64,000 nt of DNA, from contig CAWFGO010000001.1 in the NCBI GenBank assembly GCA_963815455.1, positions 1,600,001 to 1,664,000 of the forward strand. The letters are read 5' to 3'. This document shows, piece after piece, positions 50,497 to 61,100 of the stretch. This DNA is from an uncultured Verrucomicrobiae bacterium (lineage in GTDB: Bacteria > Verrucomicrobiota > Verrucomicrobiia > Chthoniobacterales > UBA10450). The notes under the pieces are model-generated. The model made no database searches. It saw only the letters and a list, made by a program, of their open reading frames with translations, and was not told where the DNA came from. The translations under genes and the position numbers were made by a program. Numbering within the stretch: position 1 is the stretch's first letter; every line of letters begins with the position of its first letter.

Positions 50497-51657
50497 ATGA
50501 AGCATAAGCGTGTTGTTGTACTCGGCGCCACCGGCTCGATCGGTGAGAGTACGCTGAAAGTTGCGCACGACATCCCGGATCGGATGGAGATTGTCGGTCT
50601 CGCGGCAAATTCCAATGCGGAGAAACTGGCGGCGGCGGCGAACAAGACGCGTGCAGGATCGGTTTGTCTCGTTGACGAATCGAAGATCGACATCTTGCAG
50701 CGCACGCTGGAATACACGCCGCGGATCTTTTCGGGTGAAGCGGGCTTGCGCGAGATCGCTTGCCTTGCCGAAGCCGACATGGTGCTGGTCGCGATTGTTG
50801 GGACCGGCGGCTTGCGTCCGGCCCTGGCGGCAATCGAGGCGGGAAAAGATCTGGCAGTGGCGAGCAAGGAGATTTTGGTAATGGCTGGCGAGATTGTGAT
50901 GCGCGAGGCGGGCGAGAATGGCGTTCACGTTTTGCCGGTCGATTCGGAGCACAATGCAATCTTTCAGTGCCTCGATGGCCGGAGGTCAGAAGTTAGACGA
51001 ATCATTTTAACGGCGTCCGGCGGACCGTTTCGCGAGACGCCCGCGAAGGAACTTGTCGATGTTACGGTAGAGCGGGCATTGAAACATCCGACCTGGAACA
51101 TGGGGCCGAAGATTACGATCGATTCGGCCACGCTTTTTAATAAGGGGCTGGAGATGATCGAGGCGCATTGGTTGTTCGGCACAGAGATGAAGCGCGTGGA
51201 AGTGGTGATTCATCCGCAGAGCATCGTGCATTCGATGGTTGAGTTCGCGGACGGCTCGACTCTCGCGCAATTGAGCTACTCCGATATGTGTTTCCCGATT
51301 CAGTACGCGGTGACCTGGCCCGATCGCGTCCCCAACACGCTTCCACCGCTCGATTTTTCGAAGTTGTCGAAGCTGGAATTCTTTACCCCGCGCTTTGCTG
51401 ATTTCCCGGCTTTGAATCTGGCGCGACAAGCCGGCGAAACGGGCGGCACGCTGCCGGCGGTTCTAAACGCTGCCAACGAAGTCGCGGTGGCAGCTTTCTT
51501 GGACCGGCAACTGCGATTTCCACAAATCTGGCAAATTGTTGACCAGGTAATGGATCGGCACACGCCCGTTGCGCATCCCGATCTCGATGCCATATTGCGG
51601 GCCGATCAATGGGCGCGCGAGGAGGGCACGAGGTTCGTTAAAACGTTACATCGTTAA
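50497..51657 (+). CDS. dxr: 1-deoxy-D-xylulose-5-phosphate reductoisomerase
   Basis: LGATGSIG, LPVDSEHNAIFQ, TASGGPF, HPTWNMGPKITIDSA, NAANEVAV. Confidence 0.97.
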   Translation: MKHKRVVVLGATGSIGESTLKVAHDIPDRMEIVGLAANSNAEKLAAAANKTRAGSVCLVDESKIDILQRTLEYTPRIFSGEAGLREIACLAEADMVLVAIVGTGGLRPALAAIEAGKDLAVASKEILVMAGEIVMREAGENGVHVLPVDSEHNAIFQCLDGRRSEVRRIILTASGGPFRETPAKELVDVTVERALKHPTWNMGPKITIDSATLFNKGLEMIEAHWLFGTEMKRVEVVIHPQSIVHSMVEFADGSTLAQLSYSDMCFPIQYAVTWPDRVPNTLPPLDFSKLSKLEFFTPRFADFPALNLARQAGETGGTLPAVLNAANEVAVAAFLDRQLRFPQIWQIVDQVMDRHTPVAHPDLDAILRADQWAREEGTRFVKTLHR

Positions 51658-51706
51658 ATCGGCAGCGCGTTTCCCAGATCACAAATTTTCCACTCACGTT
51701 CTCACC

Positions 51707-53128
51707 ATGCTGGCTCACATCGCGCGCGTAATTTTCGTTCTCTTCGAAGTGCTGGTGCTCTTCAATATGCTCATCGTTGTTCATGAGCTTGGCCATTTTC
51801 TAGCGGCGCGCTGGCGAGGATTGTACATCGAAAAATTTGGTGTCTGGTTTGGCAAACCGCTTTGGAAAAAGACCATCAACGGCGTGCAGTATTCCCTCGG
51901 GTCCCTGCCCTTCGGCGGTTTTGTGGCGCTGCCGCAACTGGCGCCGATGGATATTATCGAAGGCAAGGCGGATCTCGATCGAGCGAAGCTGGCCCCGATT
52001 TCCGCGCTCGACAAAATCATCGTCGCGATTGCCGGGCCATTATTTAGCCTGCTGCTCGCCCTTGTTTTCGCCTGCGTGGTTTGGGCGGTCGGCCATCCGG
52101 TGGGCGAAGCCGACACCACCACGGTGATCGGTTACGTTGCGCCGGAGTCGCCGGCGCTAAAAGTTGGGCTGCAACCCGGTGATAAGATTCTCGCGGTGGA
52201 CGACAAGCCGGTTACCCGGTTTCTGGGGATGACCGACAGCGTGAGTTGGAACGTGGTGCGGAGCGAAGGCGACAAGATCGCTATCAAATTCGAGCGTGGC
52301 GGAAAAGTACAGACAGTTTGGGTGGAACCATACAAGGCCGAGACGCGGGGATGGCGCAGAAAAAGCGTAAGACAACTGCTGATCTATCCGGCAGCGACAC
52401 CGATCATCGACGAAGTAGAGCCGAACACTCCTGCGTCCGCGGCCGGTTTGCGTGCGCGCGACATCATTCGCGGTTTCGACCAAACACCGATGTACAGTCC
52501 AGTTGCTTTGATGGAACACATCAACGCGCATCCCAATGATAAGCTTGTTCTTCATGTGGAGCGGGCGGGAGCGAAGCTCGATGTTCCGGTAACGCCGGCG
52601 CCGTTGCCGACTGAGGGTGAAACGAAGCCCCGCATCGGAATTCGCTGGGATGCGGATGGGAAGATGTCGATCTCTCATCCGAATCCTGTCGAGCAGGTTT
52701 ACAAGAGCGTGACCGGCACTTTGAACACGATCGGCGCGATCGCCTCCCCGAAATCGGATGTGAAGCTGCAACACTTGAGCGGCCCAGTCGGCATCGGTCG
52801 CATTTACTATCTGCTTTTCCAAAGCGAGCGCGGCTGGCAGCTCGCGATCTGGTTCAGCGTGATTCTAAACGTTAACCTCGCGATTCTGAACATGCTGCCG
52901 ATCCCGGTGCTCGACGGCGGACACATCGTGCTGGCAATTATCGAATCGATACGGCGCAAGCCGGTCAACATGCGCTTGCTCGAAGTGGTACAGACCGCCT
53001 GCGCCGTGTTGATCATCGGTTACATGCTCTACGTCACATTTTTCGATGTGCAGGATTTGCCTTTCGTCCGGAAACAGCTCGACCAGATGGAATCGCAGCC
53101 GTCGCCGAAGAATTCGGACGCACCCTAA
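51707..53128 (+). CDS. rseP: RIP metalloprotease RseP (two PDZ domains)
   Basis: HELGH, PFGGFV, AGP, GLQPGD, NMLPIPVLDGGH. Confidence 0.93.
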   Translation: MLAHIARVIFVLFEVLVLFNMLIVVHELGHFLAARWRGLYIEKFGVWFGKPLWKKTINGVQYSLGSLPFGGFVALPQLAPMDIIEGKADLDRAKLAPISALDKIIVAIAGPLFSLLLALVFACVVWAVGHPVGEADTTTVIGYVAPESPALKVGLQPGDKILAVDDKPVTRFLGMTDSVSWNVVRSEGDKIAIKFERGGKVQTVWVEPYKAETRGWRRKSVRQLLIYPAATPIIDEVEPNTPASAAGLRARDIIRGFDQTPMYSPVALMEHINAHPNDKLVLHVERAGAKLDVPVTPAPLPTEGETKPRIGIRWDADGKMSISHPNPVEQVYKSVTGTLNTIGAIASPKSDVKLQHLSGPVGIGRIYYLLFQSERGWQLAIWFSVILNVNLAILNMLPIPVLDGGHIVLAIIESIRRKPVNMRLLEVVQTACAVLIIGYMLYVTFFDVQDLPFVRKQLDQMESQPSPKNSDAP

Positions 53129-53170
53129 CGCTCGATTGCGCGCCTCGGCCGGCCCTTTTAAGTTAAGCGC

Positions 53171-55054
53171 GTGACTTATTGCGCTTCTCCATTTTCGTAT
53201 TCTCGCCGCCAGACCCGCGAAGTGATGGTGGGAAACGTCGGCGTGGGGGGATCGAATCCGATCCGGGTCCAGTCGATGATCACCTGTGACACCATGGACA
53301 CGGAGATGTCGATCAAGGAAACGATCGAACTGGCCCAGGTCGGTTGCGAAATTGTGCGGATCACCGCGCCGACGGTGAAGGATGCACGCAATCTCGAATT
53401 CATTGTTAAAGGTTTGCGCGAACGCGGCTGCGAAGTCCCGATCGTGGCCGACATTCATTTCAAACCGGACGCGGCGATGGAAGCGGCCAAGTGGGTGGAC
53501 AAGGTCCGGATCAATCCGGGCAATTACGCGGACTCGAAGAAGTTCTTGATTCGCGAATACAGCGATGAGCAGTACGAAGCGGAACTGAACCGGATTCGCG
53601 AGCGATTCACGCCGCTTGTCGATCTTTGTAAGGCACGCGGAATCGCCATGCGCATCGGGACGAATCATGGCTCGCTCTCCGACCGGATCATGAATCGTTA
53701 TGGCGACACACCGCTGGGGATGGTAGAGAGCGCGCTCGAGTTTGCCCGAATCGCTCGCGACCGCGATTATCACGCATTCATCTTCTCGATGAAATCGAGC
53801 AACCCGAAGGTGATGATTAATGCGTATCGATTGCTCGTTGCGCGACTAAATAAAGAGGGGCCGGATTGGAATTATCCGATTCATCTCGGCGTAACTGAAG
53901 CGGGCGAAGGCGAAGACGCGCGGATCAAGAGCGCGATTGGGATCGGCTCGCTCCTGACCGATGGAATCGGGGACACGATTCGCGTTTCGCTGACTGAAGA
54001 TAGTCCGCATGAGATTCCTGTAGCGAAAGCATTGGTCGCGATGGTGCAGAAAACATCGAACGCCGAACATCGAACGTCGAACGCAGAACTATCCTTTGAC
54101 CCATTTTCATATCAGAAGCGCGCTACAGAGACGATCGCTGTAGCCGGGATCGGTGATCCCGGCCAGGAGGTGAAACTGGGCGGCGAAGAACTGATTCGCG
54201 TTATCGTCAGGCAAGAGGCTTTCGAGAAAATCGCGCACAAGGTCGACAAGATGGGCGATTACAAGCCGGAGATTGTTTATGAGAACGCGCAGATACAGGA
54301 AGTCGATCCGCGCGATGAGAGCGCGATCGCGCAATTGAACAAGAATTCGAGGCCGCAGTTCGTGACCGTGCGAGACGATGTCGATCTTGCGGTGATTCCC
54401 GCGTTTCGATTACTGGCCGCCCGATTAAGTCCGCGGCATCCGATTCTTTTAAAGGATGTTTTTTGTCATTCCGAGCGGAGTGAACTGAAGCGGAACGCAG
54501 TCGAGGAATCCCGTGGTGAAAGCCTATCGGCGGCACAACGGGATCCTTCGACTTCTGACGATAACGATTTCCTTACAACTCTTCTGATCGCATCCACCAA
54601 CATCGGCTCCCTGCTCTGCGACGGAATTGGCGATGCGATCCTGGTGCAGGGCGAGGAAGCGCCCGGGCAATCGCTGCGGCTTTCTTATAATATCTTGCAG
54701 GCGGCCGGCTCCCGGATTTTCAAAACCGATTACGTGGCCTGTCCATCGTGCGGACGAACGCTATTTAATTTGCAAACCACGACGGCGAAGATCAAGGCGG
54801 CAACGTTGCATCTCAAAGGCGTGAAGATCGCAATCATGGGCTGCATCGTGAATGGCCCGGGCGAAATGGCGGATGCCGATTTCGGTTACGTGGGCGGCGC
54901 GCCCGGCAAAGTGAATCTCTACGTGGGAAAGACACCGGTGAAATTTAATATTCCGGAAGCCGAAGCGGTCGATCGACTTCAGGATTTGATTCGCGAACAC
55001 GGCAAATGGGTTGATGCAGTGCCGCAACCGATGTCGGCCGAGTTGTCCGCTTAA
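53171..55054 (+). CDS. ispG: (E)-4-hydroxy-3-methylbut-2-enyl-diphosphate synthase, long form
   Basis: IRVQSM, VADIHF, RINPGN, RIGTNHGS, HLGVTEAG, GDTIRVSL, CPSCGR, MGCIVNGPGE. Confidence 0.97.
   Translation: MTYCASPFSYSRRQTREVMVGNVGVGGSNPIRVQSMITCDTMDTEMSIKETIELAQVGCEIVRITAPTVKDARNLEFIVKGLRERGCEVPIVADIHFKPDAAMEAAKWVDKVRINPGNYADSKKFLIREYSDEQYEAELNRIRERFTPLVDLCKARGIAMRIGTNHGSLSDRIMNRYGDTPLGMVESALEFARIARDRDYHAFIFSMKSSNPKVMINAYRLLVARLNKEGPDWNYPIHLGVTEAGEGEDARIKSAIGIGSLLTDGIGDTIRVSLTEDSPHEIPVAKALVAMVQKTSNAEHRTSNAELSFDPFSYQKRATETIAVAGIGDPGQEVKLGGEELIRVIVRQEAFEKIAHKVDKMGDYKPEIVYENAQIQEVDPRDESAIAQLNKNSRPQFVTVRDDVDLAVIPAFRLLAARLSPRHPILLKDVFCHSERSELKRNAVEESRGESLSAAQRDPSTSDDNDFLTTLLIASTNIGSLLCDGIGDAILVQGEEAPGQSLRLSYNILQAAGSRIFKTDYVACPSCGRTLFNLQTTTAKIKAATLHLKGVKIAIMGCIVNGPGEMADADFGYVGGAPGKVNLYVGKTPVKFNIPEAEAVDRLQDLIREHGKWVDAVPQPMSAELSA
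54464..54559. repeat. TGTCATCC-family REP-like element in frame within ispG
   Basis: tgtcattccgagcggag..gtcgaggaatccc..gggatccttcgac, translated as CHSERSE..EESR..RDPSTS. Confidence 0.8.
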
Positions 55055-55291
55055 GTCGCCCCACTCAGCCCTCCCATAGAAACGCCGGTTTTTGGTCACG
55101 GAGGGAAGTGCAAGATACGCTCGATGTTTGGCAAAAAACGGGGAGCAACTGGGGGGTGCTGTCCCTATGTGTTGCAGATAAGCCGGCAATCATGAAGGCA
55201 ATCAACCCTCTCATGCGAATGACCTTCACTCGTCCAAACTCGGGACCGAGCAGAGCGAATGCGGAGAATCTAACTCAACCCACATCTAAAT

Positions 55292-57823
55292 ATGAAAAAA
55301 CATTGGCTTCACCTAGCAGCGTTTTTGGCGTTTGCGATCGGCATTGCTACCACCCAGGCAGGAACAGTTTTTTATCAGGCGATCCCGGCGGTGCAGAGCG
55401 ACCCGGGCTCTGGAATTAGCACTGATAATGGCTATACCAGCGCGGTGGATGGCGGGAACACGCGCGGAACGGATCGGGTCATCAATGGAATTACGCTTTA
55501 CGCCCTGGTGATCGACGGCCAGACGGCTACAGCTGACAACTGTACCCTCAATGCACTAGCCGGCACTCTCTCCAATGCGGGCGGATCGAGCGCCAGTATT
55601 CAGGCCGCCGGCATTTTTCGCGAGGTCTTGTCGGACATGACTTTCAACAACGGCGCGACCGACAATTCGCAGCAGGAGATCGTGCTCGATCCGGAGAGCT
55701 TGGAAGCAGGCGTGACATATGACCTGCGCGTTTATGTCTGTAATTCTTCGGGCCAAAACAGGCAGGTGAATCTCTCGTTCGTGGGCGACGGCCAGGCCGC
55801 GGTAGAGACCGGGTTCTTCAATGAGGACGACGCGACGACCTCGGCCGGCGGATTTAAGGACCCGAATCAGGTGTATTATATCAATTATCGTTTTACCTGG
55901 GACGGAGATTCCACGCCGGGCATCACGATTGCACAACGCTCCGGGAGCGCACCTTTCCTTCTTTATGCCTTGACCAACGAAGTGGTTCCGGCGGGCGGCG
56001 CGGAAGCAGCGCCATCCAGTGCCGGCGCAGCCTTGCAGGCGGGGGCCGATGAAGGCCTAACAACCGGCATGGTCGAAAACGAATCGGATGAAGTCGGCGT
56101 TGCCAGCGACGACTTTTATGGCAGCGAATCGCTCAATAACAACGGGCGCTGGATCAGTGTGGAAAAATGGGGCAAATGCTGGCAGCCCACCAATTGTTCG
56201 GCAGGCTGGACTCCCTATACCAATGGAACTTGGAGCGAATGCGACGATTGCGGCTGGACTTTTGTCTCGGACGAACCGTGGGCCTGGGCCTGTTATCATT
56301 ACGGCAGATGGCTCAAGGTTAGAACCGGCTGCGGTTGGGCCTGGGTGCCGGGCAAGGTCTGGGGGGCCTCCTGGGTTTCCTGGCGCCAGGGCCGGGATAA
56401 TGATTGTGATTGCATCGGCTGGGCTCCCCTGCCGCCGGAAGCGGGCTGCGAAGTCAACGTAGGCGTCAGCACCTGGGTTGATGAGATCTGCGACATTGGT
56501 TTCGAATCGTACACGTTCATCAGGATTCGCGATTTCGGCCGGGAATCGTACTGGGGCTGCAACTGCATCTTCGACCGCTCCCGCAACGTGACGATCATTA
56601 ATCAGACCATCAACATCACCAACATTTCCTATACCAGTCACGTAAACATCTATTGCGGCGGGCCGGATCGCGACTGGTGTAATACACGGATTCGCCAGGA
56701 AGGCGGCAGAGAAGTCGGGAAGGTCATGATCGATCGGATCGAGGACATGGGAGGGATGGGAGGGAAATATCAGAAGCACGATGGCGACCACCTCGCGCTT
56801 CATTCTCCGAAGATTAAAGGCGATAAGCACCCGAAACATGATCCGAAAGTTGCCGAGCATGTGGGCAAGGACAAGATCGACAAGGGCTGGGGCAAGGATA
56901 AGAAGGCTGAAAGAGAGGCGAGGAACCACATCGCCCAGCAAAACAAAGGGAAGAATCCAAAAAACACCAAGGGGAAACTGCCATCCGATGTCGCCCAGAA
57001 AATTGGCAAGCATGGCAAACAGGCCGGTGCTGGCGGTGGCGACGGACAACACCCCGGCGGGAAAGGTAAGAAGGGCCAGGGCAAGGGGGCAAGCTCACTT
57101 GCCGGAGAAGGTCAGGGCGCCGGAGGCGGCTTTAATCAGCATCCTGGCGGAAAGGGTAAAAACAAGGGTCAGGGTAAAGGGGCTGCCACAGCTGGCGCAG
57201 CGGGTGCGAGCGGCGGTGGCTTCAATCAGCATCCCGGCAAGAAAGGGAAGAACAAAGCTCGGAACGCAGGCCAGCTTGCCAATACCTTAGCCGGCGGTGG
57301 CGACCAGCATCCCGGCAAGAAAAAGAAAGGCAAGGGTCAGTCCGCCTCATCCGCGGCTGGTGGCGGGGGTACCGGCGGGTTCAATCAGCACCCAGGGAAG
57401 GCAAAGAATCACAAACGACCTGTGACCGCGACCCTTAATTCTGGTGCAGTTAACCAGCATCCCGGGAAGAAAGAGCATAAGGAAAAAACCAATGTGGAGG
57501 GGGTCGGGCAAGCGGGCGGCGGTAGTGGCGGTGGCAAGCACGGCAAGAAAGTTTCGCGAGGCGCGGGTCAGATGACGCAAGGTGGAGCTGGCCAGGCTGG
57601 CGGTGGCGGCGGCAAACACGGCAAGAAAGTTTCGCGAGGCGCGGGCCAGATGACGCAAGGTGGAGCTGGTCAGGCTGGCGGTGGCGGCGGCAAACACGGC
57701 AAGAAAGGAAGAAGAAGTACGGGCCAGATGACCGCGCCGGCAGGCGGTGGTGGCGGTGGACAGGGCGGTGGCGGCGGCGGGAAGAAGGGGAAAAAAGGGA
57801 AGGCAACTCCTCCGCCGTTTTAG
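55292..57823 (+). CDS. secreted DUF6600-like protein with Gly/Lys-rich repetitive tail
   Basis: Signal peptide; GRW..WGKCWQP..WTPYTNGTW..EPWAWACYHYGRW..WAWVPG..IGWAPLPP; six QHPG motifs in the tail. Confidence 0.8.
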   Translation: MKKHWLHLAAFLAFAIGIATTQAGTVFYQAIPAVQSDPGSGISTDNGYTSAVDGGNTRGTDRVINGITLYALVIDGQTATADNCTLNALAGTLSNAGGSSASIQAAGIFREVLSDMTFNNGATDNSQQEIVLDPESLEAGVTYDLRVYVCNSSGQNRQVNLSFVGDGQAAVETGFFNEDDATTSAGGFKDPNQVYYINYRFTWDGDSTPGITIAQRSGSAPFLLYALTNEVVPAGGAEAAPSSAGAALQAGADEGLTTGMVENESDEVGVASDDFYGSESLNNNGRWISVEKWGKCWQPTNCSAGWTPYTNGTWSECDDCGWTFVSDEPWAWACYHYGRWLKVRTGCGWAWVPGKVWGASWVSWRQGRDNDCDCIGWAPLPPEAGCEVNVGVSTWVDEICDIGFESYTFIRIRDFGRESYWGCNCIFDRSRNVTIINQTINITNISYTSHVNIYCGGPDRDWCNTRIRQEGGREVGKVMIDRIEDMGGMGGKYQKHDGDHLALHSPKIKGDKHPKHDPKVAEHVGKDKIDKGWGKDKKAEREARNHIAQQNKGKNPKNTKGKLPSDVAQKIGKHGKQAGAGGGDGQHPGGKGKKGQGKGASSLAGEGQGAGGGFNQHPGGKGKNKGQGKGAATAGAAGASGGGFNQHPGKKGKNKARNAGQLANTLAGGGDQHPGKKKKGKGQSASSAAGGGGTGGFNQHPGKAKNHKRPVTATLNSGAVNQHPGKKEHKEKTNVEGVGQAGGGSGGGKHGKKVSRGAGQMTQGGAGQAGGGGGKHGKKVSRGAGQMTQGGAGQAGGGGGKHGKKGRRSTGQMTAPAGGGGGGQGGGGGGKKGKKGKATPPPF
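57533..57706 (+). repeat. 78-bp coding tandem repeat (about 2.2 copies)
   Basis: KHGKKVSRGAGQMTQGGAGQAGGGGG repeated; cggcaagaaa at 57541, 57619 and 57697. Confidence 0.9.
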
Positions 57824-57924
57824 GATTTCGGCGTTGGTTGTTGAAAATTGAAAAAAATTTTGAGCGTGCGAATCGACATCCGCGCGAATGAAAATATCAC
57901 CCCACCTCGGGTGAGAAGCGCTCG

Positions 57925-57958
57925 CGGCAAATGGGTTGATGCGGTGCCGCAACCGATG
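57925..57958 (+). repeat. 34-bp direct repeat of the ispG 3' end (55000-55033)
   Basis: cggcaaatgggttgatgc[a/g]gtgccgcaaccgatg, 33/34 identical. Confidence 0.9.
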
Positions 57959-58158
57959 GAATTGCAGCGCCGCTGATTGTTAAAACGTCGCGGGAAACGA
58001 ACCGCGCATTCGCGTGGTGTACTGCAAATGCGAGGCCACCGAAATTGCTAGGGATTTTTGAAAAAGAAAGGGCGGAAAAGTCTTGACTTTTGCGCGCGAG
58101 ATCAATCAGGCTGCTGGGTTCAGTCAACTCACAACCCAACCCGCAGCCCGAGTAAACT

Positions 58159-61100
58159 ATGAAAACTAGTCGCACTCTGATTTCAAATCGTGTTTTCCCA
58201 TCTTTTGCTTCCGTGGGCCTGTTCTGTCTGGCCATTTCGGTAGCTTTCACATTTGCGGCCCCTTTACCCAAAGGAGCGGCCAACGACGTGTCCGGTGAGC
58301 CCGCCGGTATTCCGCCAAATCTGCAAAGCGGTTCGGACCTCAAGAACTCCCTCGCGGTCATGGTGGAGTTGAACGGCGATCCGGCGGCAGTCACTTACGC
58401 CGCCGCCTTAAAGGAGGCCCAGGCCCAGGCCGACGCGGCGCGCAATTATGCGCTGGCCCATCCGAAGGCGAAGGGCTCGAAGAAGCTCCTGAAGCAAAAG
58501 CCCGAGGCGATTAGGATCAGCGCCGCTGCGGCGCGGCAGGTTCAGGCGACCGTGCGACAGCTTGATCAGGAGCAACAGGCGATTGTTAACGCATTAACCG
58601 GTCGGGACATTCGGGCGACGGTGTTGTTTCGGGCGCAACGCGCTTACAACGGCATCGCGGTGGCAACGAGCAATGATAAGATTCCCGCTATCGTCCAAAT
58701 TCCGGGCGTCAAAGCCGTCCACTTGATCGTGCCGAAGTTCGCGACCGCGGCTTTTTCCGATATTGATTTCCTGGCCACCCGTCCGGCATGGACGACCGGG
58801 CCATTCGGCACGCACGGTGAAAATATCAAGATCGCGGTGATCGACACGGGTCTGGATTACATTCACAGGAACTTTGGTGGTTCGGGTTCGGCTGCGGATT
58901 ATGCCAGCACCGGGGACACGACGCCGGTACCGAATCCGAATTATCCTACCCCGAAGATCCCCGGCGGAACCGACCTCGTCGGTGACACTTATAACGCCGA
59001 TCCAAATAGCCCGAGTTATCAGCCGATTCCGTTCCCGGACAACAATCCGTTCGATTGCAATGGTCACGGCACGGCTTGTTCCAGTTTGGCCACCGGATTC
59101 GGCGTGACCAGCGCCGGGTTTACTTATTCCGGCAACTACAATGGGAGTTCTCCGGACATGAGCACGCTGTCGATTTCTCCCGGCTTCGCTCCCAACGCGA
59201 AGCTCTATCCGGTGCGCGTGTTCGGCTGCGCCGGTTCAACTGATGTAGTCGTCTCGGCTATCGAATGGTCGATGGATCCAAATGGCGACGGCGATTTTGT
59301 AGATAAGATGGACGTGGTGAGCATGTCGCTGGGCGCGAACGAAGGTTTTGCGGATGATCCGGACGACGTTGCCGCTTCCAATGCCGCCTCGATCGGCATT
59401 CTCGTCTGTTCGGCAGCCGGCAATGCAGGCGATTCCTATTATATCCACAGCAGCCCGGCGGCAGCTAGCGGCACTCTCGGCATCGCGGCCACTTTTAACG
59501 ATCAAGGCGGTTTCATTTACGACTCGAACGTCACCTCCAATACGGCGGGCGGGGGCGGAGTTGGAGCGATGTATTTTTCGACAAAAGGCAGTGACAGTTC
59601 CGCCATTCCCGCAGGTGGCATCACGGGCAACCTGGTTTATGCCGTGCCACCCGACGCGAACGCGCCCGCACTTACCAATGCCGCCCAGGTCGCCGGCAAT
59701 ATTGTGATAATCGATCGCGGAGCCACGACTTTCACCGATAAGGTGACCAAGGGTTTGGCCGCCGGCGCCATCGCCGTAATCATCGACAATTTCACTAACA
59801 ATCCGAACGCTTTTGTTCCTATTTTAATGAGCACGGCGGGCCAGCCGCCCGGAGTAGATGTGATGATTTCCCGCACCAGTCGCGATACGATTGTGACGGC
59901 TTCTGGAGGGTTCGATCCAGTGACCGGGATTCCGGTAAATCCGGTCAATGTGACAATTAATAACGACAGCGGCGCACAAGTGATTCCGGCGCTGGCGGTG
60001 CCGGATACTATCCCCGCCTACAGTTCCCGTGGTCCGCGGCTGCCCGATAGCGCGGTCAAACCCGATATATCGGCCCCGGCTGAAGTCGTTGGTGTGGCCA
60101 ATCCCTTTAGCGGAACCGGCGTATCAAACTTTAACGGCACGTCGTCCGCCACTCCGCACGTCTCCGGCATCATGGCGCTGCTCCGTCAGTTGCACCCGGC
60201 CTGGACAGTCCAGGAACTCAACGGCGTAATTTGCGCCACCGCCAACCACGATCTCTTCACAACTACGGCGCACACGACGCAATACGGGATTGGAAGAATA
60301 GGGGCGGGGCGCGTTGATGTTGCCGCGGCGGCCAGGTCGAACGTGACCGCCTACAACGGGACCGATCCAAACCTGATCGGCCTCTCCTTTGGTGTGGTTG
60401 AGGCGCCGGCGGATAGCTCGGCGTCGGTTACCAAGAATATCATGGTTACGAATAAGGGGACGAGCAACGTGACCTACAGCGTGAGCTACCAGGACGTGAC
60501 CCCGGTCGGTGGCGCCAGCTTTACCTTGCCTGGCGGACCGATCACGGTGAACGCGGGCACAAGCATGAACGTGCCCGTCACGTTTGCTGTTACCGGCAGC
60601 CTTTTGAAGCATGGTCGTGAGGACAGCGTCACGGCTACTCTGGGAGGCAACCCTCGCCAATGGTTGACGGAGAAATCGGGCTACGCGGTGTTCACCGATG
60701 TTGGCGGTGTCGAGCCGACGCTGCGCGTGGCGCTTTATGCTGCGCCCAAACCGGCTTCCGTGATGCATTCTACAATCACCAGCGTTGTGCCCTCACAGCC
60801 AAACACCGGTTCGTTCACGATCAATCTGTCGGGTTCGCCTGTGAATACGGGCCCAAATCTCGGTAACGGCTTCGATATTCTCGGTCTGGTCAAGGCCTTT
60901 GAATTGCAATACGCCAGCGCGTTTGTCGGCCTGCCCAATGCCCCGACGAGCCCGAATGACCTCAAGTACGTCGGTGTAACCAGCGATTACGTAAATCGAG
61001 GCGTAGCTACCGCGGCCACCAGGGTTTTCTGGGGGATTGAGGGCTTCGGCAACGCGGCCACGCCCGACTTTGCCAGTTCGGACAAGGAAATCTTCGTGGA

